Notes: generated from the sequence alone by a model not told the origin. DNA of 63,242 nucleotides, filler included, from Octopus bimaculoides (GCF_001194135.2; 7 parts of 6 records of this genome joined end to end with filler, not necessarily neighbours in it); one strand, 5' to 3'. Numbered from the whole stretch's first letter, positions 38,590-51,214 are shown. Numbers and translations are program-made.

Positions 38590-38775
38590 TTCTACTAAAA
38601 GCAAAAGGCCTGAAAAAAATTTGTGGGTGAGGGCTAGTCGAGTACATCGAACTCTGTGCTCAACTAGTACTTAATTTATTGAACCCCAAAATGTAACGTC
38701 GATTTCTGCGAAATTTGAATTCAGAACGTAAAGATGAACGAAATATTGGCGCGCTAAAGATTCTGCCAGCACGTC
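38590..38775 (-). mobile_element. SINE family B copy
   Basis: CTTTCTACTAAAAGCAAAAGGCCTG...GAAATTTGAATTCAGAACGTAAAG. Confidence 0.75.
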
Positions 38776-39720
38776 GCCTTGAACGTAACGACATAAAATA
38801 GTGATTGATCTTCGAAACAGTCTATAATTAAGCGAACGTGCATATTTACACGCGCACACACACACACACACATATTTCTTTACACGCACAGAGTGCGGTC
38901 ATGCTGGTGCACCACATTGAAGAATTTTAGTCGATTGCACTGGGGTCGATTCTTTCAAATTTTTTTTTTGTGCGGGGGAGGGGGGCTGGAATATATTATA
39001 TCTGGTATATATTCTATCGGTTTCATTTGCCGAACCGCAAAGTTATAGGGACGTAAACACACCTACACCGGTTGTCAAGGATTTAGCGGTGGATAAACAG
39101 AGACAAAGAAACGAACACACACACATACATACACATGCACACACATACATACACATGCACACACATACATACACACACACACACACACACTCTGTCTCTC
39201 TTCCACATCCCCCCACGCACAGACATGTTAATGCTTCATCTTATATTCAGTTATAATAAAAACAATTTTACATTAATCTGATGGGTTACTCCACGCGTTT
39301 GAAGAGTACAAATTCATTATTCTTGGACAAGAATATCATTGACAGTGACTTCGAAGTTTCAGACAGTGAAACCGCCGTCGGACGGCGATGTATTGAATTA
39401 AATTGTGGCTTAATATAGTCTCTTTTGAGTTACGATTCTCCTAGGATGTTGAGTTAGGATTCTCCTCAGTATTCTCCTTGGATTTTCCTTGCATACTGAG
39501 AATGTGGATAGCAACAGAGAATCATGAGATTGGGTCGAATAAGAAAGAAATCACTCAATTCCATGTATTTAGTACTATGCGTGTATGTGCATGTGTATAT
39601 ATATTTCTTTACACTTACTAGCGTAATACCAAAGGTGACGGCGTTTATTATATGTTAAACTCAAGTAGGTGTCAAACAATGTCTTGTGAAAGAAGTCTGT
39701 CGTATATATATATATATATA

Positions 39721-40003
39721 TATTCTGTTGTGTCTGGGGAGAGTCATTCTCTTTTAGTGCCTTATAATTTAACACACTCACCGGTAAGATTTCCACTCAT
39801 TTACTTATTTATTTTTCTAAAATTTTCATTGCGTCTTGCAAACATTTCAATAGTTGTTGAGAGTCAACGACTATTGAAAAGGTTGCTAGACGCAACGAAC
39901 ATTTTGAAAAAATAAATAAGTAAATGAGTGGAAATTTTACCGGTGAGTTTGTTAAATTATAAGACACTAAAAGAGGACGACTCTTCCCAGTCACAACAGA
40001 ATA
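39721..40003. repeat. 283-bp foldback palindrome (~140-bp arms, 3-nt loop GAG at 39861-39863)
   Basis: 39721-39860 aligns end to end with the reverse complement of 39864-40003 at roughly 90% identity by eye. Confidence 0.95.
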
Positions 40004-40123
40004 TGCTTCAACACACGAACTCACATAAAGAATCTTACAAACCAAATCCAAAAATGAAATATATATATATATATATACACATGCATAGTTTTTGTCAGCA
40101 TTTTCAAATTTATAATCTAGAAT

Positions 40124-40182
40124 ATCATGCTGAAGATGGAAATAAATTTTATACCATTCTAATACCGAAACGCGTACATGAT
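40124..40182 (+). ncRNA. Minimal type-I hammerhead ribozyme motif with an intact core
   Basis: Stem I ATCATG/CATGAT (6 bp); CTGAAGA; extra U; stem II closed by GG/CC; GAAA; palindromic stem III ACGCGT; cleavage triplet GUA. Confidence 0.75.
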
Positions 40183-41864
40183 TAACTAAGGCTGGTTAGT
40201 TTTGTTATTAAATTNNNNNNNNNNNNNNNNNNNNNNNNNNNNNNNNNNNNNNNNNNNNNNNNNNNNNNNNNNNNNNNNNNNNNNNNNNNNNNNNNNNNNN
40301 NNNNNNNNNNNNNNNNNNNNNNNNNNNNNNNNNNNNNNNNNNNNNNNNNNNNNNNNNNNNNNNNNNNNNNNNNNNNNNNNNNNNNNNNNNNNNNNNNNNN
40401 NNNNNNNNNNNNNNNNNNNNNNNNNNNNNNNNNNNNNNNNNNNNNNNNNNNNNNNNNNNNNNNNNNNNNNNNNNNNNNNNNNNNNNNNNNNNNNNNNNNN
40501 NNNNNNNNNNNNNNNNNNNNNNNNNNNNNNNNNNNNNNNNNNNNNNNNNNNNNNNNNNNNNNNNNNNNNNNNNNNNNNNNNNNNNNNNNNNNNNNNNNNN
40601 NNNNNNNNNNNNNNNNNNNNNNNNNNNNNNNNNNNNNNNNNNNNNNNNNNNNNNNNNNNNNNNNNNNNNNNNNNNNNNNNNNNNNNNNNNNNNNNNNNCA
40701 CCAGCATTGGCTGTCAAGCGATGGTGGGGGACAAACACAGTTACAAAGACACACGCACACACACCCACACACACATATATATATGTATATATATATGACG
40801 GGCATCGCCCGGTGGAGTGCTAGGACTATTGTTCTCGCAAGCTACGTAAATAAATGTGAACATTGTAAGTATGTACATTAAAAAAACAATTTATTTGCTT
40901 TTATCTGCGCTAATAAATGCTTTCTACATATTTACATTCGATGATTTTCCACTTCAATATCGGTGATTAAGTTTCTTCTATTTATTATTCTTACGCTTTT
41001 TAAATATACTCGCTGAGACCGAGCTAAAGCCGAGGAAGATGTTTCTCAAAACCACATTTGGATGCTCGATTATGTCTTTGATATGCTTCCATACTAAGTT
41101 TTTGAAGGGTAAACCTCTAGGACACGATGTTTATATTTCTCAATAACAAACACATACGTGCACACACGCACGCATGCTCACTCACACAAAAACATACAGA
41201 CACAAACACGCACACACACTGGTTCTCTTTCTCTCACACACGCAGCACATACACAAACACACAAATATACATAAATACAACATATTTGTAAACTTTTAAT
41301 TAAATCAAATTGCGTTAATTAATTCAATTATATAATTAAATGTGACGTATTTACTCTACGATTAAATACTTTAATATTTCGTGATGCATATGCTCGGCAA
41401 TTAAAACACATTCTGAATTTCCAAGCAATAACGCAGGCATGGCTCGCTAGTTAAGAACCTGGCTTTCCAAGCACATGATTTTAAGTTCATTTCAATCGCA
41501 TGTTGCCTTCGGCGACTTGTCTTCTGCAAAAGACTCGGGCTAATGCTTTATTAGTGAATTTGGTAGACAGAAACTGTGTAGAAGCCTGTCATATATATAT
41601 ATATATCCTTGTTCTTTACTTTTATTAATGATTTGTAGGGACGCTGTATTTCGTTATTTTGATATACTATAAAGTATATTAAACGTTCTTATAAGTCAAT
41701 ACCCTTATCTGCTGTATTACCAGTGCGCTTGTTAAGGTTATCTCTGCAGATATTCTATACAAATTGTATCCAACATTGATTTTTGTTACGACGTTTCGTA
41801 TATGAGACATCAGATGTAAAGAAACAATGAAATCAAAAATGAAAAAGGAGTAATGGGCATATAT

Positions 41865-41897
41865 GACGTATTTCGGGAGTTTTTACTCCTTCATCAG
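41865..41897 (-). ncRNA. Degenerate hammerhead motif
   Basis: Minus strand CTGATGA-AGGAGT-aaaa-ACTCCC-GAAA-TAC-GTC. Core and stem II are present; no convincing stem I. Confidence 0.5.
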
Positions 41898-42123
41898 CAC
41901 CAATCTAACCTCTACAGAGAATGGTAGTTATGGGAGGTAAATATATATTTATTTAACTACGTAACTTCCATAAGGTTACGACCGTTTCCCAACCTTCTTC
42001 AGGCAGTATTAATTTTAACATCTGATTACTAATGGCCGAGTCCACAAGAAGTGCTTTTTGTGATAGCCGCACGATTCCCTGAATCTACATCGTATAGTAC
42101 ATACACACACACGCACACACACA

Positions 42124-42165
<42 letters not shown>

Positions 42166-42572
42166 CGCACACACACATACACACATACACACACGCACGC
42201 ACATACACATACATATAAATATANNNNNNNNNNNNNNNNNNNNNNNNNNNNNNNNNNNNNNNNNNNNTTAATTAATTAANNNNNNNNNNNNNNNNNNNNN
42301 NNNNNNNNNNNNNNNNNNNNNNNATCCCCCCCCCCAAGAAAAGCTCTACTTTGTAATTTGTCCATTTTCTGTATTTAGCCCTGTGTGGCTATAATAAAAA
42401 GATATCTATCTATACAGTCATAAATCATAGAAGTTTTTGAAGTAACAGGTTGACAGTGACTTCGAAATATATTGGAAGCTGAAAAATTAACATGTACACT
42501 AAAACGTTTTTAGCCATCTTTTGATTGAATGTTATATTGTTTTTATATATAATTTTACATAATATTATACAC

Positions 42573-42965
42573 AGGCGTGGCTGTGTGGTAAGAAGCTTAC
42601 TTCCCAACTATATAGTCCCGGGTTCAATCCCTCTTCGTGGCATCTTGGGCAAATGTCCTTCTACTATAGCCTCGTGCCGGCCAAAACCTTGTGAGTGGAT
42701 TTGGTACACGGAAATTCAATGAAGTCCGTCGTTTATATATATATTTATGTGTGTGTGTGTGTGTATCTTTGTGGCTGTGCTTGTCCCCAACCACCGCTTG
42801 ACAAGCGATCTTGGTGTGTTTACGTCCCAGTAACTTAGCAGTTCGGCAAAAGAAACCGATAGTATGAGTACCAGGCTTAAAATAAAAAAGTACTGGGCTC
42901 GATTCATTCAACTGAGAATTCTTCAAGGCGGTGCTACCGTAGTTTAATGACTGAAAAGATAAAAG
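42573..42965 (+). mobile_element. SINE family A, full length
   Basis: AGGCGTGGCTGTGTGGTAAGAAGCTT...GACTGAAAAGATAAAAG; CpGs retained. Confidence 0.9.
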
Positions 42966-42984
42966 ATACAAACACACATATATA

Positions 42985-43149
42985 CGTGGGAGTGCTGAAA
43001 AGTTCCTGGCTTTAAAGGAGTCAGAAAAACTGAAGGACTGCTGCAATAACTGTAAATCTGAGAGGGGAAAATGTTCAGTAAAATCATATTTAACTGATCC
43101 TCTTTTATTTGCTTTTGCCCAAAGCCAGGAACTTTTCAACACTCCATCG
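42985..43149 (+). mobile_element. 165-bp mariner MITE with ~29-bp TIRs
   Basis: TA|CGTGGGAGTGCTGAAAAGTTCCTGGCTTT...AAAGCCAGGAACTTTTCAACACTCCATCG|TG; keeps the GE(Y/N)VE* transposase terminus GAGGGGAAAATGTTCAGTAA. Confidence 0.85.
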
Positions 43150-43204
43150 TGTTTATGGGTCATCCCATAAATAATGCAGTTTTTTTATACTTTTATTTTT
43201 ACAA

Positions 43205-43590
43205 ATTAAGATAAACAAAGTTCTTTGTCCTCCAAAGGATCATGAATGTCTCATTTTCTCTTGTTTTGAACGTTCGGAGGATACATCCAACCAGCCGTCT
43301 GCATTTTATTACCAAATTGGTAATATGCACTTAGAAAGATGCATCATTGCTCATGTCAATGCCCAGGGATTCAGGGATTTCAATTCCTCCTGGGACAGTG
43401 TATTCTGTCGTTTAGCTTTGTGTGCTGGTAGCGTAGGGCCTGGAATTTTCCTGTATTAAACTACATGTTGTTGTCCTCAGCCCACCTGTATATTGCGTCC
43501 AACTCCCGTTACAGATATGCAATATTTCCAGGATTTTTGTATTGTCTGAGAGGCTTTTGTGTCATCTGCATAGCTAGCAAGGGTGGCTAA
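43205..43590 (-). mobile_element. CR1/L2-like LINE reverse transcriptase fragment
   Basis: Minus strand ATLASYADDTK (YADD at 43561-43572), then, after a frameshift, RELDAIYRWAEDNNM*FNTGKFQALRY. Confidence 0.85.
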
Positions 43591-43796
43591 TGTATATAAT
43601 ATTTCATCTCTTGTTACTTAGTGAGTCTATAATGAAGTTACTTCCGATAGACGACAACGTTCTAGATAGCACAGAAGAAACTGATGCTTCAACTAGTCCT
43701 GGATGGAAAAAAAATGCACCGAATTTTCTCCATTTGTGCATTTGTTTGACAACAACAATACGGGTATCTGAAATGAATTCATGCTCATACCACAAA

Positions 43797-43860
43797 GTGA
43801 ATATCTTGCGTGAATATCTTGCGTGAATATCTTGCGATAAAAGTGAATGTCTTGCGATAA
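43797..43860. repeat. 14-bp tandem repeat (GTGAATATCTTGC[G]) x3 plus a duplicated extension
   Basis: Directly visible. Confidence 0.85.
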
Positions 43861-44674
43861 ACAGATTGTCAATTTTATTGGGTGGGAAACTAACAATTAT
43901 AGTTTTTGTGCTTGAAGTGAAAATGAAAATAAAAATTACCCTTAAGAACAACAAATATCTTTTGTATTTTGCTCGGTTTAGCGCATATATTCATGCAACA
44001 CTTTCCCGCTGTTTAAGGGTTATTAGATGAATTAAAAGTAAATCTTAATAAATATCAATAGTTGGATAACGATTTTATTTTACAATAAAAACATTCTATA
44101 TTGTTCTCTCAAAAGTTCATGCACATCTATCTAAACGCTCACTGAATCGAATTTTTCATTTTCCTAGTTTTCGGCTCATGTGCCTGTTGTTGGTGAATCA
44201 TCACGCATTTTCTAAGTAATATAAGTGATATACGTGTTTAGAATGTAGATTGCGTTGAATATCAACTATAAGAAGTGAAACCGGTTATAATTATATACTT
44301 TAAAATATTTAATTAGGTAACTTTATAAACATGTTCATTGGGGAGCTTAATCAATATTGAAATGATTTTGAATATTAAAAATATGTACCTTGGCATACGT
44401 AATCTTGAAGTGATTTAGTTGTAGCAATGTGTTTCAGATATGATATACTTTAGAATGTGAAATATTATATTTTGAAATGATTTGATACTGGTGATCTGCT
44501 TTTCAATAGATATCATTATATCTTAAAACGATTTAATTTTAGTAATATATTTTGGAATTAATTAAATGCAATATTATATCATTATTTACCCTTACTTTCG
44601 TTTTATTTTCATTCTCTGTATATACAAAAATACATACATTTTTATATATTCACACGTATGAATGCGCACACGCG

Positions 44675-44744
<70 letters not shown>

Positions 44745-45414
44745 CGCACACACATATACCTATACATGCACACTCTTATGTATGTATGTACATATATTTG
44801 TGTGTAAATGAGCATGCGTTTCTGTATTTGTATATGTATGCCTGTATATGTATATATATATATATATATATACATACACACGCATACATATATATATACG
44901 TACATACATACATACATACATATATACATATATATACATACATACACTTACACATATGAAATCTCATACGGATATATGTTTTGATATCTGAATACACACA
45001 TTATGCTATTCCTAATATATTTAAATGTTTAACTGCATAAAACAGTTTAATTTGCACATTTCCCAGCGTCGAGGGCCCTATCCAGCCACCCACGAGCAGC
45101 AAATAAATAAATAAATAAATAAATAAATAAAGCACAGAAATTTACCGCGCGTATTTAGAGGTGTGAAGTGACATTTTTCTCTTATCCATAACCGAATTTT
45201 ATCTTGGGAGGAGTGGTGGGGAGGTTATCTACGCTAAACTTACTGTGACTCTACTCTGTAAAAATTATAGGGGGCCAAAAAAAGCGGTAACCCTTTAGTG
45301 TTTCACAGGATCCTACACACGCGCGCGCGCATGTATGCATGCACACACGCACATACACACACTAACACACAGAGATAAACACGCATACACTTCCTAACGT
45401 CCTTTTATATTCAG

Positions 45415-45467
<53 letters not shown>

Positions 45468-45841
45468 CGTATATGTCTATAGATTGTTGGAAGTCGGTCA
45501 AACTCTTTAAGTTATGCTCTGTGTGTGCGTGTGTGTGTGTGTGTGTGTGTATGCGTGTGTGTCTGTGTATAACTATATGTGTATATATATAAATATAACT
45601 ATATATATATATATACACACATATATACATATATACACACAAATATGTAGCAGTAACTAGACATGTGTGTGAAGCCCTTCCTTCCTTTTACATACATACA
45701 AACATGCATTGACACATACATGCATGCATGCATACATACATNNNNNNNNNNNNNNNNNNNNNNNNNNNNNNNNNNNNNNNNNNNNNNNNNNNNNNNNNNN
45801 NNNNNNNNNNNNNNNNNNNNNNNNNNNNNNNNNNNNNNNNN

Positions 45842-46310
45842 TCGGTAGAACTTCCCAACTTAGCTCTTGAACTGCATTTTAGGTCAAATTACCAACTTGA
45901 GAGCAAGCATTGTGTCACTGAGAAGCATGCTGTGTCACCAGTCGTGTCATTTCAGTTGGTGCATTTGCTGAACGTAAAACTCTGCGTGGATGCAGCTCTG
46001 GCTTAATTTGAGATGTTGTTCGTTTGTTGAGACTAGGCTAATCATTCCTCTGCTTCACATTGACGTAAAGACACCATTTTTTCATCGGCGGAGAAGCAAA
46101 GTGGAAGTGTTAGAGGAACACTGGAGTTGGTCTCTTTCATTCAGAGAGTGTGGCACCCATACACAGAATTTTAAGACCCTGTCCATCGAGTGAAGGTGAC
46201 ACGTGACGGTATAATCAGAGCATCTCTTCTGATGGGATGCTATGATTCTCTGATTCTCTAATGGATTAGTGTTGATCCTCGAGGGCCGACCAGTACATTG
46301 TTTGTGAAAT
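45842..46310 (-). mobile_element. Degraded mariner transposase fragment
   Basis: Minus strand LKFCVWVPHSLNERDQLQ (the mariner WVPHEL motif) and KPELHPRRV; multiple stops. Confidence 0.8.
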
Positions 46311-46714
46311 TGAAATTAGTGGATGGAAACAGTGAGGAAGACCGTTTTATACACACACACAGACACACATAAATATATATATATACACATACATACACAT
46401 ATATATATATATACATACACACACACACACACATACATATATACATATTTATATATGTGTGTGTTTATGTGTGTGTGTGTTTATGTGTGTGTGTGTGTAT
46501 GTGTGTATTCTTTGTGTTTGTATTTCTCCTCTCAAACCTCTTAACAACCGGCGTTGGGTTCCTTACATCCCGTGTAACTTAGCAGTTAGGCTGAAATATC
46601 GATAAAATAATTATCATACTAAAAAAATGGTGCTGTGCTCAATTTGTTCAATTAAACCCTTTAAGTCCAATGAATGAAATAAGTAAAGGGTAAAAGATAT
46701 CATTATTATTATTA

Positions 46715-46786
<72 letters not shown>

Positions 46787-47146
46787 NNNNNNNNNNNNNN
46801 NNNNNNNNNNNNNNNNNNNNNNNNNNNNNNTTAATTAATTAANNNNNNNNNNNNNNNNNNNNNNNNNNNNNNNNNNNNNNNNNNNNCCACACACCACTAC
46901 ACCATACACCACCATACCATACAACACCACATCACATTACACCACCATGCACACACTAGCACTGACCACTGCCCAGCCCCACATCCACACACCTACACAT
47001 ACACACACGCACACGTCAACGTCACCACCCCTCTTCCACACACACATACATACTCTCTTATACACACGCACCTTCATTTTGGTATCACCACTACTTTATT
47101 ATCTCCCCTTCTTCCTAGCTCTCCTGTGTGACCCCTCTGTCCGTCA

Positions 47147-47345
47147 TTCGCCATGATAGATCGCTAGCCACTACACATTATTTATATTCTCTCCTTGTTT
47201 TTTTTTCTGTGTTCCTACCTGTGGAAGAGCGTAGGCTCGAAACGTTAAAGACTTTTTTCACTTCCCGAGCGTTAAACCAATACATATGTTTGTTGTCTAC
47301 ACCACCTGTCTTCGTCTTTTGTTTTTTTTTGTGAATTCTCCCTAC
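47147..47345 (+). mobile_element. Penelope-like terminal-repeat-type element with a variant hammerhead core
   Basis: CTGTGGA-A-GAGC-gtag-GCTC-GAAACGTT at 47219-47246. Confidence 0.5.
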
Positions 47346-47870
47346 ATATGTGTGTGTGTGTGTCAATCTATGTGTTCATACATACATATATATATGTGTG
47401 TGTGTGTGTGTGTGTNNNNNNNNNNNNNNNNNNNNNNNNNNNNNNNNNNNNNNNNNNNNNNNNNNNNNNNNNNNNNNNNNNNNNNNNNNNNNNNNNNNNN
47501 NNNNNNNNNNNNNNNNNNNNNNNNNNNNNNNNNNNNNNNNNNNNNNNNNNNNNNNNNNNNNNNNNNNNNNNNNNNNNNNNNNNNNNNNNNNNNNNNNNNN
47601 NNNNNNNNNNNNNNNNNNNNNNNNNNNNNNNNNNNNNNNNNNNNNNNNNNNNNNNNNNNNNNNNNNNNNNNNNNNNNNNNNNNNNNNNNNNNNNNNNNNN
47701 NNNNNNNNNNNNNNNNNNNNNNNNNNNNNNNNNNNNNNNNNNNNNNNNNNNNNNNNNNNNNNNNNNNNNNNNNNNNNNNNNNNNNNNNNAAGAAAAGAAA
47801 AAAGGAAAATGCACACTATTTTCATAGTTTTGATATATTTTAAAACTTATTTTATAAATGAAAGAGTATG

Positions 47871-48440
47871 TTATAAGTTATGTCCACAGCCTGAACAAGT
47901 TATAACACTACCTGGACAAGTTATAACATAAATTAGATTCTCGGAAGCATAAGTGAAGTTGGTTTTAATTGTGACCCTCTGTCGTTGTTTGAATAGGAAT
48001 TCCAAGCCTTCCTGCAGGTTGGGACATGTTCCACAGTTTGGCCGTCCACATTTTTTAACCATTGGTTTCGTGGTTGTTGTGTAAAGGTTCGCATTTGTCA
48101 GAAGTCTTTTCAGCAATTTGTGTTGCTTTTTGCATTTGATGAATTTGTGTTTTCAGAACGTTGTTCATTTTTAGATTCCTAGTAAGCATAGGTAAATTTT
48201 GTACAATAGTGTTGTATGCTGCATTGTTTCTAGGGTTGTGCGTGGATATATACGTTAGTGTTTTGAGATGTGGTGTGTTGTTACGTTTTGTTTCCTAATT
48301 AATCCCATCGCTTAATCCCATCGTCTATAAGTGAGGGTGGATATTGTCTCTTTGTTAGTGTTGTTCTGAGGTCTTGAAGGCAGAGGTCCCGGGTATTTCC
48401 ATCAGACTCTATTGTGCAAATCCTTTTTGCTAAATTTCTT
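47871..48440 (-). mobile_element. Penelope-like element ORF fragment: RT-EN linker plus the N-half of a GIY-YIG endonuclease
   Basis: KCGRPNCGTCPNL...KTNFTYASENLIYVITCPG (CxxxxCxxC linker followed by FTCxSxNLIYxIxC); a short tandem duplication and a stop occur before the YIG half. Confidence 0.8.
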
Positions 48441-48569
48441 TTATGTGTTTCGGGTGGCATGAGCTAAACAGAAGATATTGTTTACTCTTTTTTTTTATCA
48501 TATGATAAAAAAAAGTCAACATCCAAATTGTAACTAACATTTATCATAAACCAATGAACTCGAAACAAT

Positions 48570-48872
48570 ATTTTCTACTATAGCTTCGGTCCGACCAAAG
48601 CCTTGTGAGCGGATTTGGTGGCGGGAAACTGGAAGAAGCCCGTCGTATATGTATATATTTGTGTGTGTGTGTCTGTGTTTGTCCCCCCGCCATCGCTTGA
48701 CAACCGTGTATTTATGTCCCCGTAACGTAGCGGTTCAGCAAAAAAGATCAATAGAATAAGTACTAGGTTTACAAAGAATAAGTTCTGGAGTCGATTTCTT
48801 TGACTAAATCCCTTTAAGGGGATACTCCAACATAGCCGCAGTCAAATGACTGAAACAAGTAAAAGAATAAAA
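48570..48872 (+). mobile_element. SINE family A, 5'-truncated
   Basis: TTCTACTATAGCTTCGGTCCGACCAAAGCC...GACTGAAACAAGTAAAAGAAT. Confidence 0.88.
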
Positions 48873-48875
48873 GAA

Positions 48876-48922
<47 letters not shown>

Positions 48923-49387
48923 NNNNNNNNNNNNNNNNNNNNNNNNNNNNNNNNNNNNNNNNNNNNNNNNNNNNNNNNNNNNNNNNNNNNNNNNNNNNNN
49001 NNNNNNNNNNNNNNNNNNNNNNNNNNNNNNNNNNNNNNNNNNNNNNNNNNNNNNNNNNNNNNNNNNNNNNNNNNNNNNNNNNNNNNNNNNNNNNNNNNNN
49101 NNNNNNNNNNNNNNNNNNNNNNNNNNNNNNNNNNNNNNNNNNNNNNNNNNNNNNNNNNNNNNNNNNNNNNNNNNNNNNNNNNNNNNNNNNNNNNNNNNNN
49201 NNNNNNNNNNNNNNNNNNNNNNNNNNNNNNNNNNNNNNNNNNNNNNNNNNNNNNNNNNNNNNNNNNNNNNNNNNNNNNNNNNNNNNNNNNNNNNNNNNNN
49301 NNNNNNNNNNNNNNNNNNNNNNNNNNNNNNNNNNNNNNNNNNNNNNNNNNNNNNNNNNNNNNNNNNNNNNNNNNNNNNNNNNNNNNN

Positions 49388-49458
<71 letters not shown>

Positions 49459-50979
49459 ATATTCTCTTATATCTGAAAGGAGCCATCGAGAAGGACCCCT
49501 ATTATAGACCAATGTTTTATTTAACCAGAATCCGCAGTTGAGTATATCTGTGTACATACAGAAAAAACAAAAAAAAAAGACAAAAACAAACAACAAACAA
49601 GCGGGATTGTTTGTAAAATATTTAATTACGCCACCTTACGTATTTTTAATTAATTCAGCTGTTTGCTTATCCGGTGATGACAACACTGCCACTAATCCAG
49701 TAAGCCAGCAAGATTACAAATGAATTTCACACATCTCTGAAGATATGACAAGGAATTTGATTATATGGTTTACATTACATAAACAAATAATCATTCTTTG
49801 TCAATAAAACATTTCCTGTTTTGTTTTCTATACATGCATACACATAGACATAGACATACACACATGCATATAATACATGATGTGTATATTGTATATACAT
49901 GCTCAAACACACTCATGAACGCACACACATATATGAAATATCTATTATTAATGGTAATTTTTTTATAGTGATGATTCAATGATACTGACTTCTCGACACA
50001 GCGTTTGGTAAAATAAAAATTATAATATATACTTACTAGAGTACCCGAGCCGTGAATAATGAGGGGGTTGTTGTTGAAAAAATTATTACCCGAAGAAAGT
50101 AGATTGCTTAGAGGATAAGAAAGTAAATAAAAATGCCAAAATAATTGGAAAATAAGTAAATTATATTTATCACTCCCAAAATACTATACACGTATGATTC
50201 ACTGCAGAAGCTCATGAAGAACAACATTTCTTGTGTAGACATATGGAGGTATTAACACACCTTCTGACTTTTTAATCTGTAATCACAAAGTGTTCCCAAT
50301 CCAAACCTTAATGCTAACCCAGTTTAAGTCATTTCGCAGCGTAGACTACAGATACAGCGGTAAGTAATGACAGTTGCGATATCGGGCAAATCATCTGAAT
50401 TTATGAACATTGAAGCATTATGGTACAATGAGGGTAGTAAAATGAACATCCGAATACAACAAAAAATAAATAGAACAACCCCAGCAAGTAGGTGGAGACC
50501 TTGTTTGAAAATTTAGGGAGAAAGATTTTTATTGATTTTAGTGGTCATTGCTCCATAGTATGGCAGCAACATACTTAAAAGAACGGTTCGAGCTGCAGTA
50601 ATGATGAAGAAATTCTTATAAATGCTGCGATGCATAAGCAAATCGTCAAAATTTATGAATATTAGAACATTAGTTAAACATTAATAAGCAGAATGAACTT
50701 TGGAATACAAAAGATAAACAGAACAACTCCAGCTTGTGCCGAATGATTTAGAAAATATAATCTTATAAAGTAGAACAAATTCAACACCTTCAAACGCTTA
50801 TGTGTTACTCGCAAAAAAATGACATGTAGCGTATTATNNNNNNNNNNNNNNNNNNNNNNNNNNNNNNNNNNNNNNNNNNNNNNNNNNNNNNNNNNNNNNN
50901 NNNNNNNNNNNNNNNNNNNNNNNNNNNNNNNNNNNNNNNNNNNNNNNNNNNNNNNNNNNNNNNNNNNNNNNNNNATATA

Positions 50980-51214
50980 CAGGGTTGGTCAAAAGTCACC
51001 TGACAGTAAATCAAAACCATTTAATTCCAAGATTAAACAAAAAATTATTTTATGAGACTTCCCTGATGAATAGACAAATGTTGAAAAAACCCCAGTGATT
51101 TTAACTCACAGCATTCAATTGTTAAAAGTTTATAATCGGAATGAATAAATAAAATTGAATATTAAGTATTCATGGAATTTTGATTTACTGTCGGGTGACT
51201 TTTGGCCAACCCTG
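50980..51214. mobile_element. 235-bp Tc1/mariner-type MITE with 34-bp TIRs and TA duplication
   Basis: TA|CAGGGTTGGTCAAAAGTCACCTGACAGTAAATCA...TGATTTACTGTCGGGTGACTTTTGGCCAACCCTG|TA (2 mismatches). Confidence 0.93.
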
